A stretch of 53,366 bases of DNA, filler included, from Sphacelaria rigidula (lineage: Eukaryota), in assembly GCA_964200075.2 (NCBI GenBank). It is 3 parts of 3 records of this genome, joined end to end, with 100 filler letters (N's around TTAATTAATTAA, not from the genome) between each part and the next. Parts side by side here need not be neighbours in the genome. Positions count along the whole stretch, not along the records: positions 1 to 17,723 come from CAXNAA020001009.1; 2 more parts are not named here. The stretch is one strand, 5' to 3'. This document shows, in pieces, positions 1-12,200 of the stretch. Each line of letters starts with the position of its first letter. The first letter of the stretch is position 1. A model generated the notes under the pieces. The model did no database searches. It saw only the letters and a list, made by a program, of their open reading frames with translations, and had not been told where the DNA came from. Made by a program: the position numbers and the translations under genes.

Positions 1-63
1 AAAGAAAAACAGCTCCAGATTAGAGGGGGGGGGTACTGAGGCGAGATGATTGTTTATGTGTGT

Positions 64-99
<36 letters not shown>

Positions 100-114
100 A
101 CTGGTAATGCAAAC

Positions 115-250
115 CTCGTCCAAAAGGAGAGCGGCCCCGCGGAAGATGTTGAGCACCCTGACTGCAATCTCCGTCTGCTTGCGGAGCTCGTCCACCGGTA
201 TTATCGGGGCGGATCTTCGCCTCCATCTCGGCCGCATGCCCAAAGCTCGT
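115..250 (-). CDS. Gene A exon ending in Walker B-like AALLLDE
   Basis: Acceptor cctcag|ACGAGC (phase 2, matching exon 1401-1238), donor GACGAG|gtttgc. This frame is not in the ORF track. Confidence 0.75.
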
Positions 251-3200
251 CTGAGGTTGGTTCGAGATGTTGGAGGGGACAAAAAGTCAAGAATGTTCAT
301 AGAAAAGCAAGGGTCAAATATATTTCCATGAAAATTGGGAAAACACTCCAAACAACTAAAAGGTTAAGGACGGAATTATGGGGGGAAATGAAACTCTGCA
401 AAAACGGCAAACCCGTCAACTGAAGCTGCAAAAATATTCGACAAGCAAGAACAGAAGTGGAACAGGAGACTAAGAACGCAAGAACAAGTAGACCCTCCCC
501 ATGCTACATGTGTGTTAAAAACAGAATGTTTCCAGCATGTTAAACACCCCTTCGCACACTGGCAGCATTAAGCCCGAGGAAAACTTTGCACAACAGCTCG
601 GCCGAATGTATGCCGGAAAGACTTCTCGACCTCGGGCCTGACCTTTCGTAAAGCGAAAAGAAAGATGGTCTAGCTAGATTGCCATCAACGATTAATCTTT
701 CAATGAGCTCAATGCACGCATACACTCCAAGCCTCGCCTCAGTCAATGGAAAGCGTCCACGACACGAACATTGAATATAGCGCACGTCCATAACAAAAAC
801 TGCACTCCTGGACATGCAGCACTGATACAGGACACAACGGAGGACGTCAAAACATAAATGGTAACTCTTCTACATGTACACGCGGGGTTGCATAAATTTT
901 GCCTTGAGCACATCATCTCTCCTGGGCTTTTTGCCCCGATCGAGCAGTGCATCAAGATGGCAGTATTATAACACCGTTTTGGTTCAAGAGATGAGCGGGA
1001 GGACTGCCACAGAAATAGTCTACGGTAGTCTTAGAAGGACAGAAGCATTACTGCAAAATCGGCACGTGAAGCTACGAGAATAATCCTGACCCCGGTGCTG
1101 CAGCCAAGACGTAATAACGTAGTACAACGTTGCCGTGGTCAAAGTCATGGTGTATGGATACGAATAAACATATGTTTTGGGCGTGAAGCACTCCGATACC
1201 TCCAAAGTCAAGAGCATTTCGGAACAGGAAACCGTACCGGATGCCTCCCGCAGCACCAATCTCATCATCCTCCCTGTCTTCCGCTTTCTGTAAACGGCTG
1301 ATGTCCAGCTTGTGGACCAATTCCACGACCTTAAGCATGAACGACTTCACCGATGTGGGAGTCGTAACGACCACTGATCTCCGATCCCTCGCTTCCATCA
1401 CCTAGAGGCAATACCAACACCGCAGAGGAGGGGCGGGGGGAGGCGTACTCATTTGTTGCCTGCCTTACTAGTTTGACCATTGACCATGCATCCCTTCCGA
1501 GACGGAGCGCGTTCCTACTCCTAATAGAGACACATTCCACATTCTGGCGCTCACTACGTTTCTTCCATACATTACACAAAACCTTTTTACATATCTTTTC
1601 CCGTCCTGTTTCGCCGTCTCTGGCCACCATTTATCTCCTAGTATGGCCATCGTTTCTTCCTACTGTCTAATGCATTAAACGATTTCATGCCATCTTCGTT
1701 CACGTCCCGCATTTTCCCCTCTAGCACGTCCCGTTCTTCCTTGTAGATATAGTTCACATTCTGCCACTACATGACTTCTGCTCTTTATTGCTTTGCGAGA
1801 GACAGTTCTGTCCATTTGCTTCCTCCTCCACACGACTACTCGTATATATCTTCCTTCTTTCTGACAGGTCCAGGTCCCCCATCCGAAATCGAAACATCAA
1901 TTTTTTGGCAGCGTCCATTGAACCCTGCATATATGCCTTCATCCCGATCCCCTCTCCCAACACCCAGTATATTCGAAGGTGTTTTTCCTCGTCTACCTTG
2001 CGTCTGAGTGCTCCTTTTCCCCTTATTTCCATCTTGTCTCTTACTTTTGTCTTGTACCCCGCGTCTTCATCTCTGGACAGTATTTCGTCGTGGTTTCCTC
2101 CTATTTCTTCCCATACTTTCTCGATTTCTGTATTCCACCTTTTTCTAGCGACCCCCTTTCGTACTTTTCTTCCATACAGAATTTTCAACTATAGCTGGCA
2201 ATCTCTTTCTTTGCATGTTTTTTACGGTATAATGCCATCGCAGTTTCTCATATCGGTTTGTTTGAAGTGAGTACATTCCCAACTCTGCTCTCAAAACCGT
2301 ATCACTCGTGGTTTTCGAGCATCCAAGTATTTTCTTAGCTGCTGCCATCTATATTGTTTCCAACTTCTCCACCGAGAGGGGGNNNNNNNNNNTTTTTCGA
2401 GCACCAATGTTTTTTCTCTCCGGCGGCGATCATGTTTGTCCCCCCCTTCCCCCCCGGGGGGGGGGCGGGGGGGGGGGGGGGGGGGGGGGGATTAGTTCAA
2501 CTACGAGCTAAAATTACGCTTATCTGTGATTTAGTGTCGGCACATCATTTCGATCACAACAAAAGCAGCCACGGTATCATTCTCGTTCGGGTGATGCGTA
2601 CAGATTCTACACTTGAAACACCATCGCCATGCTAGCTGTTACCATGCGCATCGACATGGTATTACTCGAACATACCAGCGACTTACACCTTCTCTTGAAA
2701 ATTCCTGCGCGAGAACGTGTCCCCAGCATATATGCATGCGCGCAGCAGCACAGAAATTTTCCTCCCGAAGATAAGGTTGACCGTTCGAGCGCGGAGGGGT
2801 CAGTTTGCGTTCTCACTTAGAGTGTGCCGATGCGAATATAAGTGGCTTGATGTCACTACAAGGATGCCTCTAGAGTACATCTCTCAGAAAATTGAAGCCG
2901 CCGTCGACGGGTAAGAAGTATATCCATGTCTACACATGTGTGCGTACCTTCTCGAGAATGGCAGGTGTAACTTCCATGAACCTGTCGAACTTGAAGGCGT
3001 AAACCGGTCTGTTGAGGGTGACGCTGAAGGCAGATCGCATCACGTTGAAGCAGAAGTCCAGCAAGGCATCCGGCACCACCTGTTCACATGATATTTTCCC
3101 AAAGGACGTAGCGCAAAAAAAAAAGTGTTAGTGTTAGTGTTAGTGTTAGTGTTAGCGTTAGTGTTAGTGTTAGCGTTAGTGTTAGTGTTAGTGTTAGTGT

Positions 3201-6200
3201 TAGTGTTGGTGTTGGTGTTGGTGTTAGTGTTGGTGTTGGTGTTAGTGTTGGTGTTAGTGTTAGTGTTAGTGTTAGTGTTAGTGTTAGTGTTAGTGTTGGT
3301 GTTAGTGTTAGTGTTAGTGTGCTCTGTCACCAACACAACGACCGCGAGTTGATGCGAATGATGTGAATGAAGATCGACCCTTCCAGCTCTCATTCTTGTT
3401 CCGACATTTTTTCTATTTTTGTATTCACGACTTCAACTAGAAATGGCATACAAGATAAGCGCAGCTGGACGCCAATTGGCCAGCATTGTAGCCATTAGAT
3501 TTTAGTACAGAGACTTGTTGCGGGTCTGTGAGATGGCTGATGCCACGACCGATTACCACCCACCCTATATGCGAGGCCCGCAAGCGCAATTACCCCTCAC
3601 CGTGGTTTCTACGCGTCGTGGCGGTAATCTAGGCCGTCCGGGTCCGTACCTCAAGCCCAATGAATTATGAAACATAGCATATGCATGGTAATGACATTCC
3701 GCGGTCCCACTCTCCACTATATTAATGTAGTAACGATCTCTTCTCCCAAAACGTAGTGTCTCATCAAGTGTCCAAGCACAGTGTCGCGCGCGAAAGGGGC
3801 TAAGCAAGGCATTTGCTCGTCGCTTGATATGTTATTTGATCTTTGTTGCTTCCAACATGATCGGTGTTGCTTCCAACAAAATATATTTCTTGCTATGCTT
3901 GGGCTTACGGGTTTCGGCTTTGGGCCGCAACTACGATGGACCATGAGCTGCACTTGAGCACTTTGACCCTACAAATGATGGGTTCGAGAACGGGACTTTA
4001 GTAAATCGCCCTTAATTTACACAGTGACTGATCACCAGTATGCACCTCCGAAGTTCATCGTAGTACCACACGTTTGTCAACGACAGGCGTCCATTTGAGC
4101 GCGATCGAGAGATATCAAGTGCACGACACTGCGCTATACACTCCAGAGAGTAACATCACCGGGCACATACACACACGGCCCCGGGCAGCACCGCTAAGCG
4201 ATCAACAAAGACAAGTTATGCACCAGTCACTCATACATGAAGGGCAGTTTCACGGCATGTTGCTCCACATTCAATTTACGCACCTCCATAACCAAGCGCG
4301 TCCCATCCGCGAGTAAAAGGCCAAGCGTAGGTGCAACCACGGTAGTCTTCCCTGCACCCATGATCATCTGGTGGCACATAGACAGGCCGTTGGTTGCCTT
4401 GGACATGAAACGCCCGATGAGAGCAACCTGCACGATTCCCCGCAAATTGCGCATTAAGCGGAGCCAGGCACAGAATGCAGTTCGCCATAAACATATTTGT
4501 TCAGGTACTGGATAATATTCCCCCAATACCACCGGTGTACCAAGTTTGTAGACAGGAAACGAACGCACAAGCACCAATCAGGTTTTTGCCTGCGAAAATG
4601 TATATCTATATTATATATATACATGTGTGTGTATGCTAGGTTCACCATTGATTATGCTCATGGACAACAAGCTAGACCTGATGAAACATACGTCTTCACG
4701 AACGTGTGAAGCGAATCGTAAGTTTTTTCCAGAGTTTCTTTCACGTGCCCGAATCGGTCAAGCTCTCATACGACAAACCTGTACCTGCGAATGGTGAAGC
4801 AGGATGCTAGAGTTGAACTCGACCAGCAGCAGCCGAGGGTCCAGAGCGTTGTTGCCCTCCGCGTCCGGGAACACATAGTGCCGAGCCTTGGACACTGCAT
4901 CCGCCAGTGCCTGTCGGGAGAGGGGGCGTGTTGATGAGGCACGAACAGCCGATCACACAGGCACGGTGCACAACCATTATCGCATTGGTGTACACAAAGC
5001 GTGACATTTTGAAGTGCTGACTGCGCGAAAGGGAGAACAACATTTTGGCACAATACGACAACTGCCATCACGCGGATCAGGCACGAATCACCCACTTTCC
5101 ATATCGGTCAAAGTTGGGGCTGATTTCTTTCGTTTCTACAACTGGTTCGCGCTTTCCCTACTAAGTCGAGGAAACCTGCAAAGTGTTTGCGAGGTTGCCG
5201 AGGGCTTCTGCGACAGCAACGGAAAACAACAGCAGCGACTGCACTCTTCAAGTCATTATGAACTGCAATGCCATTCCGTGTGTGTTTTCGTCGAAATACG
5301 ATCGTGTTTGGAGTGAGATGATCATCGACGATGATGAAAAGGTCATCATTTACGAGTTCTGGCGGTATTGGCACCATGCTAGAGCTGCTCTGAGGACAAT
5401 TACTTTACATTGATTTTTCCTCCTGTTTGGACCGTTGCCCGGCGCTACAGCAACACAACGCTTCTAATACAGCATACAAAACGCTCTAAAGTCAGACGTA
5501 CTTTTACTACGCTTGGAACGAACTCGCCATGTACACAACACTTGTTTTTGAAAAACTGGGGAACGTATGAGAAACCTCTTGTTCCCTATACGTTCGGCCC
5601 ATACCCACCAATTACACGTGCACAAATGTGCTGACGTTGCTATTTTTATTTGAGCAATATAATGAAGGATACACCCTGATGCTCTTGGAACAAAAAAGGG
5701 TAACGATTTTGTCGGTTTGGGGCGTGGCACTGCACGCGGGCTGAACATCTCGAAGCCATGTTCCAGCGCCTCCGGCCCACACCCAAGGTGTCTGAGAGGC
5801 ATTTCCAGCTATTTTTTTTTCTTCACACGTGTTATTAGGCTTAACTACGGCGCGGAAAAGGAGAGCCCGTGAGAGTACCCTTTTTGGTTCACAAACCAGG
5901 AGGGTACACCCTAGTCTCTGCTAAAAACTTGTCCCTTACCCTCCTTGTTCACGTGTGCAATCTTCGATTTTTTAGTGCAAACGCTTCTTTACCCTTTTCT
6001 GTGAAGTGATGGCCGTACCGCCGGCTGCGCAGATGATTCGGCAAAATTCACCATCGTGCCCACTTTTTTTGTCGTCAAAGTACACCCCGCCAAGAAGACC
6101 GAAACCCCAACGACGAAGAAATTCTAGCCCCTTGCTGGCAAGCCCGCAGATCCGGGATACTTGACGATGCATGCAGGGAGCCAACACTTATGTGCCGGAG

Positions 6201-9200
6201 CTTACAAATACCTATCGAACATGTGTGAAAATCTAGCTGACGCACACACGTCCTAATGGCATCATGTGGCGTCACCACGACCAATGGACCACGGATAACA
6301 TGAGCACAAGCCACATGATTGTTACTCTCTTTTTTCTCCTGACCGTTCCCTTTTGTGTGCCAGCATGGCTTCACGCTGTCTGTAGTGCTGTGGAACATCA
6401 AGCATAGACATCAGCAGCGTCCACTTGGTTGTGTTCGGTGGAGAGCGAAGGTGCGTTGATGGTTTCTTGCCCTTGTCTCCAGCGGAAACATGCAACACAC
6501 GTACGGAACCTGCACACACTTGACTGCAGGGTGAGAACCGGTCGGGGGTTCTTCGGGACTGTGAGCTTTGGTCTCGATCCGCGAATTGCAGATCCCGCAA
6601 CGGTCTGATGTTTAACGTGGTGACGCCACATCGTGAGGCGTGTGTGCGGCAGCTACATTTTTCACACATGTTCGATGGATATTTGTGAGCTCCGGCACAC
6701 AAGTGTTGGCTCCCTGTGTGCATCGTCGGATCTTCCGGGTCTACGGGCCAACCGACAGGGTGTAATTTCACAAAAAAAAAAAATGGGCGTGGTTGTGACT
6801 GTTCGGCGAATCACCTACAGAGCCGGCGGTACAGCCACTACTTCACGAAAAAGGTAAGGGACAATTGTTAGCAGGAAGGAGGGTGTGCCCTTCTGGTTAA
6901 CAAAAAAGGGCATTTTCACAGGCTCTCCTTTTCTCCGCCGAAGTTAACCCTAATACCACGTGTGAAGAAAAACGAATGGTCGGAAATGCTGCTCAGACAC
7001 CTTGAGCGTGGGCCGGAGGCGCTGGAACATGTTTCAGAGGTGTTCAGGCCGCGTGCAGCGCCGCACCCCAAACCGAAAAATCCGTCACCCTTTTTAGTTC
7101 TAAAAGCGTCAGGGTATACCCTTTTTTGTATAGCATTTTTCATTCCAATCATTTTGATGTCCCAGCATTTACTCGTTCACTGGTGTAGTGCGTTTATATG
7201 TACCACTCTCGGAGACCACTCACCTCGCTTTTCCGAGTCAGCACTTGGGAGACAGTTTGCACTGTATCAGCGTCCGAATTTCCGGTCGTGCCCAAGTTCC
7301 GAACGGCGGACAAGAGGCTGTGCGCTAGCGTCACACATCTGCATTCGCATTGAGTCCGAGCAAATGACAGCAAAACGACCTCGTCGGCGGCGTGTTGCGA
7401 AATCTCGGAGTTTTGTATCAGGAGTGGGATATCTTCCAAAGAGGATAGCAAGGAATCTGTATTGTGGGGGTGCTTTGACAGATCGAAGGTTAGCTCTGGT
7501 CATCGAACGGTCAGGGTCCACACAAATACCGACTAGGTTTTAGATGAATGAGCCCACCGCGTGAAGAGTAATGGCCAAGATGCCCGAGTGGCCTCCAACT
7601 GGATCGCACAGTGCATTTCTGTAACACATGAAGAGGATGCCCTGATCGGGAATATCTGCGCGAGATGGTGCATGTGTGTTTGTGTGTGTCAAATCCTTGC
7701 TCCTAATTGTGACACTAGCGGGCTAAGCTCTTGATAACGGGTACCTGTGGGAAACGCGCGGTGCGTCCTGAGCAAGACGTCGCTGTCCTGAACAAAAAAC
7801 AGCTCACCATTCCAAAGCAATGCTCGGTGAATATAGCAAATAGTTAATCTCTCTCAGCGGTTTCGAACAGTACAAACTCTTACAAACTCTGACGAGGGCC
7901 TGAGAATGCACACACACAATTCTATTTAGGCCTGGCCGCGTGGAAAGTCAAAACAAAGCAACGCAGCGACGGCTTCACACCTGTTGGCCTGGGAAACCCT
8001 GTTGGCCGTCAGCAGTAAGCCGGTGTACACGTCCAGGACCTCGCGAGCGATTGTGCAGTTCCCGCCCGGTCCAACCACAGCCAACCACGGGTTCACGTAC
8101 CCTAGGATCTGTTGCAGTATAATCGTGCCATTTTTCGACGGTGTCATCGTCATTTTCAGTAATTCTCCTTTTCCATGACTCCATGCTCCTACGGTGGGAT
8201 CTTTACATACTGGGGGCGGACCATGACGCGTTTACGCTTTGCAATTTTTTCGATCGTGCTATGTTCTAAAAAGGGTACTTCTTATTTTCTCATGGCGCGC
8301 TTCAAGAGAGATGCATGGAAGCTGCACTGCCGGGAGACCCCCATTAAGCGGAAGATCTCGAATGAGAACTGGTCCAAGATTACCGCGTTCTGACGGGATT
8401 ATCATAGTAGTTTCGGAAACATCCAGGGGCGGCAACTCGTCAGCAAGGCGTGCTATATTCCTTCACATACAGCAACATTCCTTTTACCCTGTGATCATGC
8501 CCACCTCTTCTCCGTGCTCGCACAGGAGCAACTCAGCGAGCTGGTGAAACTTTGGTGCGAGCTCTAGTCCGGCAGACTTGCCCACATCCAAGGCACGGAG
8601 GTTTCGCATCTGTTCTTGCCCGACAGCCGCTGATCCTTCAGGTATTCTCCCACCGGCCCTTGCGCCCTGGAGCGTGTTCTGAATGTGCTTTCGGGCGGCG
8701 ATCACCCAGGCCTTATCTTTCAGGATCAAGTTTCCGAGAGAATCCACTAGAGATCGCACCTTGAATCCAACACACGTGGAATGAACCACAACAACACAAT
8801 TTAGCGAAAAGAAATGAGGCAGGCGAGCGTCCGCGGCAACCAGTCTCCCGTGGGAGCATGGTGCTCTCCTTTGACATCGACACTTGTGATTGATTCTGGA
8901 TGCGGTGTGGGAGCACACCCGGAACAAATATACACGCGGGAGACTTTCGGAACAATAACACAGTACACCGATAGTACATCAGAAAATAACGAACTCAAGC
9001 AACAACACAGCACCCGCGACAGCCAATCTGCATCGGGAGCCCAATGCCATCACCAAACCCGAAAATAAAGTAGTCAAAAATGAAACGGCTCTCGTCGTCC
9101 GGGACCGGGATTTTTGGGGCATCCACCAAAGAGCGTACCCCAGTACGGGGCGTGCTATCGCAAAAGGAGCAGGTCATGAGCAGGAGATCGTCCCGATGAA

Positions 9201-12200
9201 ACAATGCACCAAATGTACACTGTACCTTTGGCACTCCATTGTGTGCGAGGCATACCCACGGCATCAGATGAAGACTCCCACTTCATACCGTACCTGACAG
9301 AGCGCATGGGATCACTTCGCAATTCGAAAAGTAAGCAAAACCGTACTACCGTGGCTACAACGCAAGGTTGACGTTGCATTATTCGCCAGTAGGGGACACA
9401 ACATTTGATTTCAGACATGGTGCACACGAGGAACAAAAAACAAAATCAAGCTCTTTCAGAAACAACGGAGATCGAAACATCGTAAAACAAAACGCAAGAG
9501 ATCTCTCGATCCACGTCGCCACACCCGTATCTCAAGACTCCACCGGAATATGGCCTCTCCAGCCATGACATGATAAATGGTGTGGGTTCTTTGTCAAACC
9601 GGTGTATCCTACAGTCACGACCGATTTGATGGCAGTGAAAAGAACGGTCCCGGGAACAGTCCTCAGCATCGATATCATCCTCAATTACAAGAAACGGTGA
9701 TATCTACCATCACCAAATTCCTTTGCTCTCGGCCAGTGTATCTTACGACAGCATCCTCATGGCGATACCCACCCTGTCAGTTGCGCCGCGTGCCAACCCG
9801 GGCTGGCGTACGTAGGATGACATCTCTTGCGCAGAAAAACCGATGAGCTCGGGACTTGTGGCCGTGTTTGTCTACACAGGACAGGCAAAAACATCACACA
9901 GATGCGACACGCGGTGTGTCAAGACAAACATGAGGAGGTGCGTATCGAGCATGGACGCGAAACAAAAGGAGCCCAAACATTGCAGAACTGCGACATAGTT
10001 TGGTAGACAAAGGTGAGAGTCCCTTGATTCTGGGCCGACGGCACCATGATGTATTGGTGCACAGGCCTCGGAAATACAGAAGGTAGATGCGGCCGTTACG
10101 GCAACGTTGGGAAGCCGACTCTGCGGGGATGGACGGTCTGTGTATCTCGGCAAGCACTGGACGAAATGTTCTGAAGCGGCTGCGTGAAAAACACACAGCG
10201 CTGCGGACACGGTTGGCTTGTGGCCAATAGCAAAACGCGATGACTACTCAGCGACATCCAACCCTTTGGTTATTGGAGCTCGGAACCATAAAAGAGGTCA
10301 TTCGGGGACTCTGGTTGTCAATACATACGATATTGGCGTGTCCATCATGTGCGGGAAAAGGGTGTCGCAGTGTTGGCTGGCCGCTTTGTTTCCTCAAGCC
10401 AGTAACTCACGAGGCGAGCTACCCTGACGCTAAGGAGGCGCCATGTGTGTGCAATGCACCCTGTACACTAACAACTCCTGGCTCCGAAAGTGTCACTACT
10501 CGACGTTTCGTTGAAAAGTCAATTGCACGTTCACACACGCGGAGACTGCGCTATCGTTCACATTTTCCAAGCGCGAAGGTGAGGTGAACGCTCACGATGG
10601 CATTTTACCGACTCACCTCCGTTGCGAAGTGCTGGACATCTTCTCTGAGTCTTCTAAGCATTTCCTTGGCCACGTGCGATTTGGCTGATGGGTGGCTATC
10701 GACGACGAACGGCAACGTACATTCCACATCAAGGAAACCTACAGAGGAGACACGCGCGCAGCATAAGTGAAGGACAGAATAAAAATAGATTTCAATATAA
10801 AAAAAGGAGACATAATTGAACCCTTTCGGGAACCGACCTCCACTAACCATGGGTGTAACCCCTTTGAGTGCGAGTGGTGATCCATTTGTGAATTGTCAGC
10901 GTTTTCAGTCGTTTTTCAAGTGAAAATGATGCCGATTCACAACTAACCCTCACACGTGGTTAATGTGGGTCCGGTCTCAAAAGGATTAACCACTGCAAAG
11001 CGTGGCCACCGACTCCTCACGTCACCAACCGTTCCAATCAACCAACCAACCTGGGCCAAAAGTGCATTGCGGAACGTGGAGACAGACGCCCCCACCCTCC
11101 CACAGCCAAAACACACATCCAAAAGGACAACCTACACAAGTGGCGACTGCTGAAAACGTAAGGTACTGCATGTGGATTATGCTACATCCGTATTCTGGAT
11201 CTTCATTTCTAACGAGACGCTACCCCTCGATCCGGTGGTGAGAATTCCTGACGCAGGGCGGGACATGAACTTATTTTGTTGAATCATGTTCGTTTCTCAC
11301 GCCCTCACGTTTCCAACGAGGGCGATCAAAATTTTATGGGAAAACATAGTATAGAACTGTTTCTGTTAGACATCGAACCCCCCCTACGCCGCTCTAGCCG
11401 GTTGAAAAAATGCACATGGCTAGTATTATTGTGACAGTTTGACAGCCGGGGTACAGCGACAACAGTTTCCCGCTGCGTTGTAGAAAAAAGAAGACATGTG
11501 TGCAGAGGGCACTGTTACAGCGGGACTAAGCGCCCCCCGTGTGTGCAACGAGCACCTGAGGCGCAGCGGCCATATGATCCCATTCACCATGAAAAATTGA
11601 CCGGATATGTACCAGCGATACGATTTCCAGCGACGTTACCCTCCACATTTGACGAAAAAATCAAGTATAGGATTTTCGTCGCAGCAGGTGATGTACTCAG
11701 CCACCTAACGTACGTGGACCCGCCAATGCATAAAAAAGAGGTGAGATATAGTCCTAGCTGAACGCCTCACGTTACTCCATGTAACATTAGCATGATTTAC
11801 CTTTATCGCGTCTGGTGACGTTCCTCACGTAGGCCGCGATGTTGACAGGTGCCAAGGGGAACGAAGCGAAGGCCTTGCAGTCCTCCTCCGTTAGCGTCAA
11901 ATTACCGCTACTGCACGGCACGGACTGTGCGTTGAAATAAAAGCAGCGGGGAGCAACAAGTGGCACAGACAAGACGATCCGGACTCCAACGTCAAGGGTT
12001 ATGGGTGGGAGGATTACAGGTAGAGGGGGCAATGCCTAGAAACCACCACCGTCGTCGAAGGATATGTAACAACTTTTGCATGTTTGCTAGCCAGCACTTC
12101 ACCCGGCCGCACACGAGAGTAACACATTGAGGAAGAAAATCGCCCCGTCAACATGTTAGCACCATCAGAAGAGAATGCATAGGCCGAGGACGAGGGGCAC

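Noticed and set aside
64-98. Poly-G runs (also ~2455-2490) as Gly/Pro-rich coding sequence
   Set aside because: Intronic homopolymers of unreliable length; the ORFs through them are spurious
3040-3393. Poly-TN and poly-VL ORFs; possible interstitial telomere
   Set aside because: Translations of a microsatellite; the unit is TTAGTG, not TTAGGG, and it is intronic
7745-7787. Alternative 43-nt gene A exon (RTATSCSGRTARFPQ)
   Set aside because: Phase-compatible, but 7338-7224 has a stronger donor and gives a more coherent helical sequence
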